In this document: piece after piece, positions 1 to 10,615 of the stretch
Position numbering within the stretch: position 1 is the first letter of the stretch
Layout of the letters: each line of letters opens with the position of its first letter
Origin: an uncultured bacterium
Lineage (GTDB): Bacteria; Fidelibacterota; Marinisomatia; Marinisomatales; UBA1611
Direction: 5' to 3'
Assembly: GCA_943788175.1 (NCBI GenBank)
Contig: CALSPG010000007.1
Location: 224,001-288,000 of the forward strand
DNA: 64,000 nucleotides
Notes under the pieces: generated by a model
The model's input: only the letters and a program-made list of their open reading frames with translations
The model's database searches: none
Told to the model about the DNA's origin: nothing
Program-made: the position numbers and the translations under genes

Positions 1-2
1 CT

Positions 3-770
3 CAAATTGGCCCTAATGATTGGTCGTCAGAGTTTGATGTTTCTGGGTTTAATGATGATAAGGAAAGTGATTATATAAACTGGTCTAGAGATTATAAACC
101 TGGATATATGTTTCGTAATCTGGGTAACGATAAAATTTATTATAATGATCAAATTATTAGACTTCTCCAGAATTACCGTAGTGCATATATGCAATTAGCA
201 GTTACATATTATATGGATTATCAAAAAGAACAAAGAAAGAAAGTTCCAGATACTAACTTGTTAGCAGATTTAAGCTCTAAATCTGTTGAGGTATTAGATC
301 AAATGCGTTTTAATATTCCTGAGGAAACAATACCAATCACTTCTGCTGACCTACACTATCAAGTTGCAAGGCTTTATGGCGACTTAAATCGTAAAGATTC
401 AATGGAAGATATTTTAGAAGACTTAATTAAGCTGGAAGGTGTTTCTCCCAGTAATAAAGTTGAGTATGCTAATGTATATTATCGTGAACTTGATAACTCT
501 GTAATGGCTGTTAATATATTATCTGATTTGCATAATGAATATTCTAAGATTGAGAATATTATAAAAGTTAAAGGCTTTTCTTCCATTTCAAATAGGAGTT
601 GGAAAAGTTGGCAAAAAGCTTTTCCAGATATCATATCATCCTTGGTCTACATTTATAAATCAACAAACCAAAACAACGAGGCTGAGGAAGTATTAGTTGA
701 TTGGATTTCGCGTTTTCCAGAGGATACAAACGCAAAAAAGTTATTAGAAGAAGTTCGCAGTCTTGACTAG
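3..770 (+). CDS. C-terminal part of a large protein with TPR-like helical tail (DUF2723-type), truncated at window start
   Basis: Frame is open from position 3 (QIGPNDW...YMFRNLGNDKIYYN); helical TPR-like C-terminus; followed by a GT2 gene. Confidence 0.55.
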   Translation, partial: QIGPNDWSSEFDVSGFNDDKESDYINWSRDYKPGYMFRNLGNDKIYYNDQIIRLLQNYRSAYMQLAVTYYMDYQKEQRKKVPDTNLLADLSSKSVEVLDQMRFNIPEETIPITSADLHYQVARLYGDLNRKDSMEDILEDLIKLEGVSPSNKVEYANVYYRELDNSVMAVNILSDLHNEYSKIENIIKVKGFSSISNRSWKSWQKAFPDIISSLVYIYKSTNQNNEAEEVLVDWISRFPEDTNAKKLLEEVRSLD

Positions 771-788
771 TACATAATAATATCTAAA

Positions 789-1832
789 GTGTCTGACAAC
801 AAGTTAAACGTTAGCATTATTATACCACATTGGAACAATGTAGATATTTTATCTGATTGTTTAGAATCAATTAGCTCAATAAAGTTATCTAATTTTGATA
901 TAATTATTGTTGACAATGCATCCAGCGACCATAGCGTTGATTGGGTTAAATCTAATTATCCCAACGTAAATCTTATAGAAAATGATAAAAACTACGGATA
1001 TGCCGGTGGTTGTAATATCGGTGCAAAGCATGCTGTAGGAGATAAATTGATATTTCTTAATAATGATACTGTTTTAGATCCTGATTGTATACCCCATATG
1101 TTGAAGTCAATGGATGCAAATCCAAATATGGCTGTGTTACAGCCAAAAGTTTTAAATTATTTTGATAGGACGCTCCTTGATTATGCTGGGGGATCTGGTG
1201 GTCACATGGATATTTATTGTTTTCCCTTAGCACGAGGTAGGGTTTTTGCTAAACAGGAACATGACCATGGTCAGTATGATAATCAAGAAAAGTGTTTTTG
1301 GGCATCCGGAACATGTTTAATGATTAGAAAAAAAATATTTCATCAGGCAGGTGGTTTTGATGATGTGTTTTTTGCGCACATGGAAGAAATAGATCTATGC
1401 TGGAAAGTGCAATCTATGGGTTACGAAGTATGGGCTGAGCCTAAGGCAGTTATCTATCATAAGAACGGATTAACACTACCTATGTATTCTCACAAAAAGT
1501 ACTATCTTAACCATAGGAATTCACTTCTAATGTTATTTGGAAATTATTCATTTAAAAATATATTTTTAAACGGTTCAGTGAGAATTTTTCTTGAGATAAT
1601 AGCTGTTTTTTATTCTCTTTTAATTTTTGACTGGAAGCATGCATCAGCAATTATAAGAGCGCTATTTTGGGTGCTCCTTCATCCTCATGTAATTATAAAA
1701 AAGAGGAGTGGTTTTAATAAAATTAGAAAAAGAGAAGATAGTGAAATCATGAAAAGTATGTTTAAGAGCTCTATCGTTTTGAAATATTATATTTTAAGAA
1801 TGAAAACCTATTCAGCCATTTTATCTAAATAA
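789..1832 (+). CDS. Glycosyltransferase family 2
   Basis: SIIIPHWN, VDNASSD, NYGYAGGCN, FLNND, HMEEIDLCW motifs. Confidence 0.9.
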   Translation: MSDNKLNVSIIIPHWNNVDILSDCLESISSIKLSNFDIIIVDNASSDHSVDWVKSNYPNVNLIENDKNYGYAGGCNIGAKHAVGDKLIFLNNDTVLDPDCIPHMLKSMDANPNMAVLQPKVLNYFDRTLLDYAGGSGGHMDIYCFPLARGRVFAKQEHDHGQYDNQEKCFWASGTCLMIRKKIFHQAGGFDDVFFAHMEEIDLCWKVQSMGYEVWAEPKAVIYHKNGLTLPMYSHKKYYLNHRNSLLMLFGNYSFKNIFLNGSVRIFLEIIAVFYSLLIFDWKHASAIIRALFWVLLHPHVIIKKRSGFNKIRKREDSEIMKSMFKSSIVLKYYILRMKTYSAILSK

Positions 1833-2656
1833 AATTTGTAAATATCGCTATTATCATGATCTAATTGTTTTACATCAATAAGTAAGTCTCTTCTACCAAG
1901 TTTATTAAAAGTTTCAGCTAAGTATTCAGAATGGATTTTCATAAAATATTGAGTAGATTGTTCTCGCCCAAAATCAATTGCGCTTTTTTCAAGGCCATTT
2001 AGCATATTATTAAGTTCTTTTAGACCAGCCTCAATTTTACCCTCTTGGAGTAAATCTTTCCCAATATAATAAGCAAGTCGAGCATCTCTTAATCCTGAGT
2101 TTTTACTTATATCATCTACTAGAGCTATTCTAGAGCTCCAGCCTTTTTGGTATTCTGATGATGCTCCTCTTAATGCTATTTCTCTTGCTATTTCATATGT
2201 AGCTCCTCCGCCTCTGTATTCATAAGTATCTATAACGCCTGCTAAGATCATATGAGCATAGAAAGCTAAAAAAGCTGATAACGGTTCAAATAGCACTAAA
2301 TCAAAATACAAGCTTGAGCCAGGGCTATAGTAAAACTGAGCACCATTATCAAAGTATCTTAATTCGCTTCCATTAGAAAATAAAGCTTTGCACAGGTATG
2401 TTTTTACATTGCCCTTAGATGCTGCGCCTTCAAAAACTATCTGTATATGTAAAGGAATTTTTAAATCAGAAAAATCTTTATCCCATGAAGTGTTTACAAA
2501 AAATTGTCGAACGTCATCCTTTAGGTTAATAAGGTCATATTTTTCATCACTCCTTAGTAATCTATCATCAAACTCAATTTTAACTAAGCCAAATTGCCCG
2601 TAGGAAGCTGTAAATAATATTGGGAGGATAACTACTAAGGATAATAGTTTTGTCAT
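1808..2656 (-). CDS. DUF4835-family exported protein (T9SS PorD-like)
   Basis: Signal peptide; PLSAFLAFYAHMILAGVIDTY..GG and GW motifs resemble DUF4835. Confidence 0.65.
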   Translation of the reverse strand: MTKLLSLVVILPILFTASYGQFGLVKIEFDDRLLRSDEKYDLINLKDDVRQFFVNTSWDKDFSDLKIPLHIQIVFEGAASKGNVKTYLCKALFSNGSELRYFDNGAQFYYSPGSSLYFDLVLFEPLSAFLAFYAHMILAGVIDTYEYRGGGATYEIAREIALRGASSEYQKGWSSRIALVDDISKNSGLRDARLAYYIGKDLLQEGKIEAGLKELNNMLNGLEKSAIDFGREQSTQYFMKIHSEYLAETFNKLGRRDLLIDVKQLDHDNSDIYKFYLDKMAE

Positions 2657-2746
2657 TGATTAAAGATAAATTAAAGCAATTCCTCTTTACAAGTAATTTA
2701 TCTTACTTATTTTTGTATTGGTTTGAATATGAATTAATTTTAGATA

Positions 2747-4156
2747 ATGAAAAACATTGAAAAAATTATAAACCAATCTAAATACAAACATATTTTTGAT
2801 ATGGCTAAAAGAGCTGGCAAGCTTGGCATAAAAGAAAGCATAAAAGTTTATATAGTTGGTGGCGTAGTAAGGGATTTAATGCTTGGAAGGGATATCCAAG
2901 ACCTTGATTTAATGGTTGAGGGTGACGGTATTTTTTTTGCAAAAAAACTAGCTAAAGAGATTGGTGTAAAAAAAGTTGTCCCTTTTGAAAAATTTGGCAC
3001 TGCTTTAATACCGAATAAATTATTTCAGATTGAAATTGCTAGTTCTAGATCAGAAACGTACAGCAGTGAATCAAGAAGTCCCTCAAAGGTTAAGTTTACT
3101 AGCCTGAAAGAAGATTTAAAACGGCGAGATTTTACTATCAATGCTATGGCAATGGACACTCATCCAGAAAATTTTGGTAAAATATATGATCCATTTGGTG
3201 GACAGAATCATTTAAACGAAGGATTATTAAAAACGCCATTAGATCCAGAGAAAACTTTTTCTGATGATCCGCTGAGGATGATGAGGGCAGCTTACTTTGC
3301 ATCAAAGCTTAATTTTAAACTGGACTCTGAATGTAGGGCCGCAATTACTAACCAATCTGATAGGATAAGCATTGTTTCTTGGGAAAGAATAAGAGAGGAA
3401 CTTATAAAAACGCTTTCTACATCTAAGCCTTCTGTTGGGTTAGTAATGATGCAAAAAACAGGTTTACTTAGAACAGTATTTCCTGAAATTGATATTATGT
3501 ATGATATGGATCAATCTGCAGAGTGGCACCATAAAGATATTTTTGCTCATACTTTACAAGTTGTAGATAATGCAGCAAAATTAACAGATAAAATGGAAAT
3601 TAGATTTGCTGCGCTGGTTCATGACATTGCTAAACCGGTAACAAGACGTATTGATCCTGTTAAGGGTTACACGTTTCACGGTCATGATGCAATAGGTGAA
3701 AAAATGTTAAATAAAGTATCACAAAGGCTTAGGCTTTCAAATAAATTGTCAGGTTATATAAAAAAATTAACATTATTGCACCTTAGGCCTATAGCTCTCG
3801 TTAAATCTGAGGTTACAGATTCTGCAGTAAGGAGATTAATGGTTTCTGCTGGTGATGAGATTCAAGATTTAATGATACTTTGCAGAGCAGATATAACAAC
3901 GAAAAATCCCAAAACAGTAAAAAAATATTTAAAGAACTTTGATATTGTTGAAGATAAAATGAAAGTTGTTTTGGATAAAGATTCTGCAAAAAAATTTCAG
4001 AGCCCAATTAGAGGTAAAGATATTATGCAAATTTTTAAAATTAATGAAGGTAAGCAAGTCGGAATATTTAAAAAAGCAGTTGAGGAGGCTATTCTTGAAG
4101 GGACAATTGAAAACACATACAATGCCGCTAAAAGATTTTTATTAGATCAAAAATAA
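2747..4156 (+). CDS. cca: CCA tRNA nucleotidyltransferase with HD domain
   Basis: VGGVVRD, DLD, DLKRRDFTINAMA, DDPLRMMRA, VHDIAKP; tRNAs in this window lack encoded CCA. Confidence 0.9.
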   Translation: MKNIEKIINQSKYKHIFDMAKRAGKLGIKESIKVYIVGGVVRDLMLGRDIQDLDLMVEGDGIFFAKKLAKEIGVKKVVPFEKFGTALIPNKLFQIEIASSRSETYSSESRSPSKVKFTSLKEDLKRRDFTINAMAMDTHPENFGKIYDPFGGQNHLNEGLLKTPLDPEKTFSDDPLRMMRAAYFASKLNFKLDSECRAAITNQSDRISIVSWERIREELIKTLSTSKPSVGLVMMQKTGLLRTVFPEIDIMYDMDQSAEWHHKDIFAHTLQVVDNAAKLTDKMEIRFAALVHDIAKPVTRRIDPVKGYTFHGHDAIGEKMLNKVSQRLRLSNKLSGYIKKLTLLHLRPIALVKSEVTDSAVRRLMVSAGDEIQDLMILCRADITTKNPKTVKKYLKNFDIVEDKMKVVLDKDSAKKFQSPIRGKDIMQIFKINEGKQVGIFKKAVEEAILEGTIENTYNAAKRFLLDQK

Positions 4157-4280
4157 TGAGAAACTTGACAAAGAACATTTTAAAAATCTTTTTTGTAACC
4201 TTAAAACAAAATCTTATAAATTAGACCAGTTGAAACTATAGAAATATTTTAAAAACATATACTTATAATTAGGAGAAATT

Positions 4281-4583
4281 ATGACATATATTATTGCTGA
4301 ACCATGTGTAAGTACTTGTGATACTGCTTGTGTCGAAGTATGCCCAGTTGATTGTATTCACGGGCCAGATGATAAAACTGGAGCAGGAGCTGAGGCGAAA
4401 GAACCTGGTTTTGACCCTGAAGGTAAGCAGCTTTACATCAATCCGGAAGAATGTATAGATTGTGGTGCTTGCGAACCAGAGTGTCCTGTTGAAGCTATTT
4501 TTGAAGAAAGTGAAATTCCTGAAGAATGGAGTAAATTCATTCCACTTAATTATGAATATTTTGGACAAGAATATTCTGGGTAA
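4281..4583 (+). CDS. Dicluster (7Fe/8Fe-type) ferredoxin
   Basis: CVSTCDTACVEVCPVDC and CIDCGACEPECP; AGGAG RBS. Confidence 0.92.
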   Translation: MTYIIAEPCVSTCDTACVEVCPVDCIHGPDDKTGAGAEAKEPGFDPEGKQLYINPEECIDCGACEPECPVEAIFEESEIPEEWSKFIPLNYEYFGQEYSG

Positions 4584-4605
4584 TTAAATTAAATTGAAAA
4601 TCATT

Positions 4606-4634
4606 AAAACGGTTGTTTCGGCAACCGTTTTTTT
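4606..4634 (+). terminator. Intrinsic terminator after ferredoxin
   Basis: AAAACGGTTGT-TTCG-GCAACCGTTTT hairpin followed by T tract. Confidence 0.85.
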
Positions 4635-4649
4635 ATTGAAATAAGTAGT

Positions 4650-5783
4650 ATGAATAAAAATAAAGTAAAAGAAATTCTGGCAAATATCAACTATCCTGGT
4701 TTCAATAGGGATATTGTTTCTTTTGGGATGGTGAGTGGGATTGAAATTAAATCTGATGAAGTAAAAATAAATCTTAACATAACTTCTCAAAACGATGAAA
4801 AGAAAAAAATTCTTGTTAATGATATTGAAAAAAAATTAAGCGAGTATTTTGCTTCTGTTTATGTTGAAGTAGAAGAAAAAGCACCAAATGGTCCTCCTCC
4901 TGGAGCTCAAGCTTCTAATCCAGAACCTGTATTGCCAAATGTTAAACACGTAATAGCAATTGCAAGTGGCAAAGGAGGAGTTGGTAAATCAACAGTCGCA
5001 TCTAACATTGCATGTGGCTTGTTTGAGAAAGGATATAAAGTTGGTCTTTTAGATTTGGATATTTATGGGCCTTCTCTTCCTATCACTTTGGGAATAAATG
5101 AGCAACCAGAGATGACAAATAATAAAAAACTTGTGCCTATCAATAGATTTGGTCTGAAAGTGATGAGCTTTGGTTTTATAAGTGGTAATGATACACCTGT
5201 AATATGGAGAGGGCCTTTAGTTTCAAGGATGACTGAACAATTTTTCAAAGATGTTGAATGGGGTGAACTTGATTATTTAATTTTAGACTTACCACCAGGT
5301 ACAGGAGATGTGCAGCTTACGCTCACTCAAAAATTGCGCATGTCTGGAGCTATCATTGTCACGACTCCGCAAGATATTGCATTATCAGATGTAAGAAAGG
5401 GTGCGGATATGTTTAGAAAAGTGAAAACTCCTATTTTAGGAGTTGTTGAAAATATGTCTGGTCTATTTATTAATGGTGTTATTAAGGATGCAAATGGTAA
5501 TGAGGTCAATGGTGGTACAATAACAATGGATTTTGGCTCTGATTATCAAATTCAAAATAGCGGAGAATTTGAAATTTCATTAGACCTCTTTAAAAAAGGT
5601 GGTGGCTTAGCTGAAAGCAAGCGGCTAGAAATCCCATTAATAGGGCAAATACCTATCTCCAATGATATTGTTAGTGCCACCGATAATGGAGAACCATTGA
5701 TACGTTTGAATCCTGAACATAAAGCATCCAAAATATATATGTCCATTGTTGAGAAAATGATATCAATTTTAGATGAGGCCTAA
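4650..5783 (+). CDS. mrp: Mrp/NBP35 (ApbC) Fe-S cluster carrier ATPase with N-terminal DUF59-like domain
   Basis: SGKGGVGKST, DLDIYGPS, WRGP, DLPPGTGD, VENMS. Confidence 0.92.
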   Translation: MNKNKVKEILANINYPGFNRDIVSFGMVSGIEIKSDEVKINLNITSQNDEKKKILVNDIEKKLSEYFASVYVEVEEKAPNGPPPGAQASNPEPVLPNVKHVIAIASGKGGVGKSTVASNIACGLFEKGYKVGLLDLDIYGPSLPITLGINEQPEMTNNKKLVPINRFGLKVMSFGFISGNDTPVIWRGPLVSRMTEQFFKDVEWGELDYLILDLPPGTGDVQLTLTQKLRMSGAIIVTTPQDIALSDVRKGADMFRKVKTPILGVVENMSGLFINGVIKDANGNEVNGGTITMDFGSDYQIQNSGEFEISLDLFKKGGGLAESKRLEIPLIGQIPISNDIVSATDNGEPLIRLNPEHKASKIYMSIVEKMISILDEA

Positions 5784-5886
5784 CAACAAGGAACATTCTA
5801 CCTATTGTTCCAGTATAATGTTCAAAATAGGTGATGTCTTAATGTTGAAGATTTAAAACTATCTTTATTTTTACGACAAGATTCTT

Positions 5887-6636
5887 ATGAAACCAAAAAC
5901 AATAGATAAATCCGAATTAAAAATAATACCTAGGCATATTGCTATTATTATGGATGGGAATGGAAGGTGGGCAAAACAAAGAGGCCTACCTAGAATAGCT
6001 GGTCATCGCGAGGGAATAAACTCTGTTAGAGAAATAACCAAAATATGTGGAGAAATAGGCGTAAAATATTTAACGTTGTACACTTTTTCTACAGAAAATT
6101 GGAGTAGACCTAAAACAGAAGTCAAAGCTCTGATGACTTTGTTACTTTCCACTATAAAAAAAGAGATAAAAGAGTTACACAAAAATGATGTTAAATTTTC
6201 TACTATAGGGGATATCTCAATTTTGCCTAAGGGAACAGTTAAAGGTATCAAAGAAGGTGAAAAGCTAACATTTGACAACTCTGGTTTGAATTTGATTCTA
6301 GCTTTGAATTATGGGAGCAGGCAAGAAATAATCTCTGCTGTAAATAATATAGTTTTAGATATTAAAAAAGGGAGTCTAGAGAGTAACTCAATCGATGAAA
6401 ATATTTTCTCTTCATATTTATATACGAATAGCTGTCCAGATCCAGACTTATTAATTCGTACTAGTGGAGAATTAAGAATAAGTAATTTCCTCTTGTGGCA
6501 GTCGGCATATACAGAGATGTATTTAACAAACACATATTGGCCCTCTTTTAGAGAAAATGAATTATTTACAGCAATAGTTGATTTCCAAAATAGAGAACGT
6601 AGGTTTGGAAAAACTAGTGAACAGCTAGAAAATTAA
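5887..6636 (+). CDS. uppS: Undecaprenyl diphosphate synthase
   Basis: HIAIIMDGNGRWA, FSTENW, IRTSGELRISNFLLWQ. Confidence 0.96.
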   Translation: MKPKTIDKSELKIIPRHIAIIMDGNGRWAKQRGLPRIAGHREGINSVREITKICGEIGVKYLTLYTFSTENWSRPKTEVKALMTLLLSTIKKEIKELHKNDVKFSTIGDISILPKGTVKGIKEGEKLTFDNSGLNLILALNYGSRQEIISAVNNIVLDIKKGSLESNSIDENIFSSYLYTNSCPDPDLLIRTSGELRISNFLLWQSAYTEMYLTNTYWPSFRENELFTAIVDFQNRERRFGKTSEQLEN

Positions 6637-6637
6637 A

Positions 6638-9046
6638 ATGAAAAAATATATAACCCTCTTTTCAATTTTTAGTGTCCTTTTCTCGCAAGGGAACCAAGAA
6701 TTTTTGTTAAAAGATGTAAAAGTTGAAGGCAATATTGTTTCGACTGCAAACACAATTATTTTCACATCTGGTCTCCGTAAGGGCTTAAAAGTATCCTCCG
6801 CAGAGTTTCCAAGAGCTATTAAAAGGTTGTGGCAACTGGGTCTGTTTGATGATGTGCAAATCAGGTACGATGAGGAAGCAGGGAATGAAGTTAGTATTAC
6901 TTTGTTAGTTTCTGAGTCTAAGGTTGTCGGCGATGTAAAATATGAGGGAAATAAGAAAATAAAAAATAGCAAATTTAAAGAAGAGCTTGATATAGTGACC
7001 GGGCAGAGAATAAAGCCCAATTTTCTTCACGAAAAAATTAAAGACATAAAAACCCTGTATTTTGAAAAAGGATATCTTAATGTGGAGGTTAAAGCAGATT
7101 TAATTGATTCTAAAGCCATAAAGAATCTTTTTGATGGAAAAGCTAAAAATATTACAAAAGACATTGTTTTCAGTATCTCAGAGAATAAAAAAATAAAACT
7201 TAGAAATATTTATTTTAAAGGAAATGAAGTTTATTCAAATTTAAAATTAAGAATGCTAATGAAAGAGACGAAGCAGCAAAGGTGGTATTATTTTTGGAGA
7301 ACAGCGTTTGATAAAGATGACCTCGAATTAGATAAAGAGAAAATCATTGAATTTTATCACAATAAAGGCCACAGAGATTTTTCAATTTTATCAGATTCAA
7401 TAATTTATGATGGTGAAAGTAAATACTTAGATGTAGTCATAAATGTTAATGAGGGGCCTAAGTATAAATACAGAGATTTTACTTGGGAAGGGCAATCATT
7501 ATATTCAGAAGACATATTGTCAAGAGCATTGGGTCTTTCCTCTGGCGACAACTATAGTGAAGAAGCTTTTTCTAGAGCAGTTTATGATAGAATGCAAGGC
7601 CTCTATATGGATAAAGGCTATATATACAGTCGTATTGAACCGGAAGTGACCCCAGTGGGAGTTGATTCGCTTGATGTCCATTTTGTTATTGCTGAAAATC
7701 ATAAAGTTTATATTAGAAATATCTCTATCAAAGGAAATGATAGGACAAGGGAAAATGTAATACGAAGAATTATGCGCATTTACCCGGGGGATGTCTTTAA
7801 TAAAGAGCGTTTGATGAGGACGCATCGTGAGATAATGATGTTAAATTATTTTGCAAACGTGATTCCAGATGTTGTTCCTGTTGATGATAATCAAGTTGAT
7901 ATAGAAGTGACAGTAGAAGAAAAATCTTCAGGCCAAGCAAATATGAATATGGGATTTAGTCAAGCTTATGGTGTTACAGGGGGTGGAGGATTTTCACTGC
8001 CGAACTTTAGAGGAAAAGGACAGCATTTAGCATTGTCTTTTGAAGTTGGGGCTGCAAACTATAATAATACATATTTTGGAAGTAGTTATAAACCTCAGAA
8101 AAGAGAAAGGGCAAGTATTAGTTTTACTGACCCAATGTTTAATGACACAAACAACTTATTAAGCGGTTCTTTATTTTATAGTTTTTCTGGCCGATCATCA
8201 CAGTATTATGCTCCTCTAGATATGGTCACTAAAGGTGGAAGTTTTAGATGGGGGCGAAGGTTTAAATGGCCAGATGACTATTTTAGAGGTAGTTGGTCAT
8301 TTACAGCACACCAAAGAATTTATGAGGCAGACAATGAGGAGCAATTACAATTGTATACTGGAGGTCTAAGTGAAACTGTAGGCGTAAGTATTACACAATC
8401 GCTGAGCCGTGATAGTAGAGATCATCCTGAGTTTCCAACAATTGGTTCATTGATGGCAATCAGCAGTAGTATTTCTGGAGGTCCTTTAGGCGGTAATGAA
8501 GATTTCCACAAACATGTATTAAACCTTGAATGGTATACGCCGACAGTTTGGAAATTTGTTTTAATGAGTTCAGTAAAAATTGGTGGAATTAAAACTTTAA
8601 AATCAAATGATGGTGAAAGATCCATGGTGCCTTTTAATGAGCGGTTTATTATGGGTGGTAGCGGTATGGTTTATGGAAACCCTTTGAGAGGTTATGAAGA
8701 TAATAAAATAGGACCACTTACTTCAAGTGGTGGGCCATTTGGTGGAAATGCACTGATAAAAGTAACATCAGAGTTTCGGATTCCTTTTTCAGAAAATCCC
8801 GTTGTCTACGGAATGTTATTCGCAGAAATGGGGAATGTCTGGATTGAATCGCATTTGCAAGAGAAGTTTAACTTAGCTAGAATTGGGCCGTTAGATTTAA
8901 AACGTTCTGCTGGTGTAGGTATCAGGTTTTTTATGCCGATGATTGGAAAGCTTGGATTTGACTTTGGGTATGGCTTTGATGATGTAGATGGTGATGGGCA
9001 ACCATTTGGATGGAAATCATCGATTACTATAGGACAACAATTTTAA
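6638..9046 (+). CDS. bamA: Outer membrane protein assembly factor BamA
   Basis: POTRA repeats, LRGY loop motif, C-terminal Phe; uppS-bamA-skp context. Confidence 0.95.
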   Translation: MKKYITLFSIFSVLFSQGNQEFLLKDVKVEGNIVSTANTIIFTSGLRKGLKVSSAEFPRAIKRLWQLGLFDDVQIRYDEEAGNEVSITLLVSESKVVGDVKYEGNKKIKNSKFKEELDIVTGQRIKPNFLHEKIKDIKTLYFEKGYLNVEVKADLIDSKAIKNLFDGKAKNITKDIVFSISENKKIKLRNIYFKGNEVYSNLKLRMLMKETKQQRWYYFWRTAFDKDDLELDKEKIIEFYHNKGHRDFSILSDSIIYDGESKYLDVVINVNEGPKYKYRDFTWEGQSLYSEDILSRALGLSSGDNYSEEAFSRAVYDRMQGLYMDKGYIYSRIEPEVTPVGVDSLDVHFVIAENHKVYIRNISIKGNDRTRENVIRRIMRIYPGDVFNKERLMRTHREIMMLNYFANVIPDVVPVDDNQVDIEVTVEEKSSGQANMNMGFSQAYGVTGGGGFSLPNFRGKGQHLALSFEVGAANYNNTYFGSSYKPQKRERASISFTDPMFNDTNNLLSGSLFYSFSGRSSQYYAPLDMVTKGGSFRWGRRFKWPDDYFRGSWSFTAHQRIYEADNEEQLQLYTGGLSETVGVSITQSLSRDSRDHPEFPTIGSLMAISSSISGGPLGGNEDFHKHVLNLEWYTPTVWKFVLMSSVKIGGIKTLKSNDGERSMVPFNERFIMGGSGMVYGNPLRGYEDNKIGPLTSSGGPFGGNALIKVTSEFRIPFSENPVVYGMLFAEMGNVWIESHLQEKFNLARIGPLDLKRSAGVGIRFFMPMIGKLGFDFGYGFDDVDGDGQPFGWKSSITIGQQF

Positions 9047-9063
9047 TAATAATTAAGGAGAAG

Positions 9064-9591
9064 ATGGCAATAATGAAAAAAATAACCATATTTTTTATGC
9101 TATTAATTGGTATGACCGCAAGTTTAAGCGCACAATTAAAAATAGGATATATTTTATCAGAAAGAATTCGCGGTGAATATGAAGAATTTAAGGAAGCTGA
9201 GTCGCAACTACAGCTTGAATACCGTAAGGTTCAATTTGAGTTTGATCAAAGAGTCAAAAAACTCGATAGTTTAAAACAAGACTATGAAGTAAAAAGATTA
9301 ATGTCTTTAGATAAAGGTGAAAGTATCAGACAAGAAATAGAGCAGACTGAAAAACAAATACAAACATACCAAGCTGAAAAAGTTGGTCCGCAAGGGGAAC
9401 TAATGCGGAAGCAAGCACAGATGGAATATGATATTTTGGGGAAGGTTAAAAAAGCCGTTGATAAAGTCGCTATTGATGGTGGCTATGATTACATAATTGA
9501 CGCATCAGTAGGCTTACTTTATTACAAACCAAAATATGATCTTACTGATGACGTTTTGCATGAATTAAGAAAACTAGATACTTCAAAATAG
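9064..9591 (+). CDS. skp: OmpH/Skp periplasmic chaperone (start 9064 or 9073)
   Basis: Signal peptide, coiled coil, GYDYIID...DLTDDVL; AAGGAG upstream. Confidence 0.88.
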   Translation: MAIMKKITIFFMLLIGMTASLSAQLKIGYILSERIRGEYEEFKEAESQLQLEYRKVQFEFDQRVKKLDSLKQDYEVKRLMSLDKGESIRQEIEQTEKQIQTYQAEKVGPQGELMRKQAQMEYDILGKVKKAVDKVAIDGGYDYIIDASVGLLYYKPKYDLTDDVLHELRKLDTSK

Positions 9592-9598
9592 ATATTAA

Positions 9599-10612
9599 TT
9601 GAAGTTTAGTTTAAAGGAAATCAGCTTATCGGTTAATGGTAATATTTTTGGAGATCCTAACATAGAAATATTTGAAGTAGCTGAAATTCAGAATGCAAAA
9701 AATGGAAGTATTTCATTTTTAGGAAATAATATGTACGCTAAATATTTAGAAACTACTGAGGCCTCTGCAACTATTGTTTCAGATGAAAGTTTATTATCTG
9801 GAAGAAATGGTATTGTTGTTGATGATCCTCAATTAGCGATTGCTAAAGTATTGTCGCTGTTTTATCCAGATGAACCTTTATCTCAAAAAATCCACTCAAA
9901 ATCTCATATTTCTAATTCTTCTGAAGTAGGAATGAATGTTACAATCGAAGTGGGAGCTGTAATTGAGAGTGGTGTTAAAATAGGTGATAATTCATTTGTT
10001 GGTGCAAATTCATTTATTGGTAGAAATACTAAAATAGGTTCTGGCTGTAAGATATATCAAAATGCAGTTTTATATCACTCAACAATAATGGGAAATAATT
10101 CTATTGTTCATAGCTCTACTGTTATAGGGAGCGATGGATTTGGATTCATTCCAGGTGATGAGCAGCACCATAAAATCCCGCAAACTGGAAGAGTTGTAAT
10201 TGGTGACAATGTAGAAATAGGAGCTAATTCAGCAATTGATCGAGCAACTATAGGTGAGACAATTATTGGAGATATGAGTAAACTAGATAATTTAGTCCAC
10301 ATAGGTCATAATGTTCAGATTGGTAAAGCATGTTTAATAACAGCACAAGTAGGTATTGCGGGTAGCACTAAAATTGGTGATAATTGTCAAATTGGTGGCC
10401 AGGCTGGGGTTGTCCCTCATGTTGAAATAGGACCAAATTCGATTATCGCAGCAAAATCTGGTGTTACAAAATCACTTGCTGGTAATCAAATGTATGGTGG
10501 GTATCCAGCAAGGCCAATTAGAGAAGAGCATAAAAGAAATGCAGTACATAGAGAAGTTTTATCAATTAAAAAAAAATTAAATCATTTAATTCAAAACTCT
10601 AACAACGATTAA
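9599..10612 (+). CDS. lpxD: UDP-3-O-acylglucosamine N-acyltransferase
   Basis: Hexapeptide repeats, [22 protein letters not shown] start. Confidence 0.95.
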   Translation: MKFSLKEISLSVNGNIFGDPNIEIFEVAEIQNAKNGSISFLGNNMYAKYLETTEASATIVSDESLLSGRNGIVVDDPQLAIAKVLSLFYPDEPLSQKIHSKSHISNSSEVGMNVTIEVGAVIESGVKIGDNSFVGANSFIGRNTKIGSGCKIYQNAVLYHSTIMGNNSIVHSSTVIGSDGFGFIPGDEQHHKIPQTGRVVIGDNVEIGANSAIDRATIGETIIGDMSKLDNLVHIGHNVQIGKACLITAQVGIAGSTKIGDNCQIGGQAGVVPHVEIGPNSIIAAKSGVTKSLAGNQMYGGYPARPIREEHKRNAVHREVLSIKKKLNHLIQNSNND

Positions 10613-10615
10613 TAA

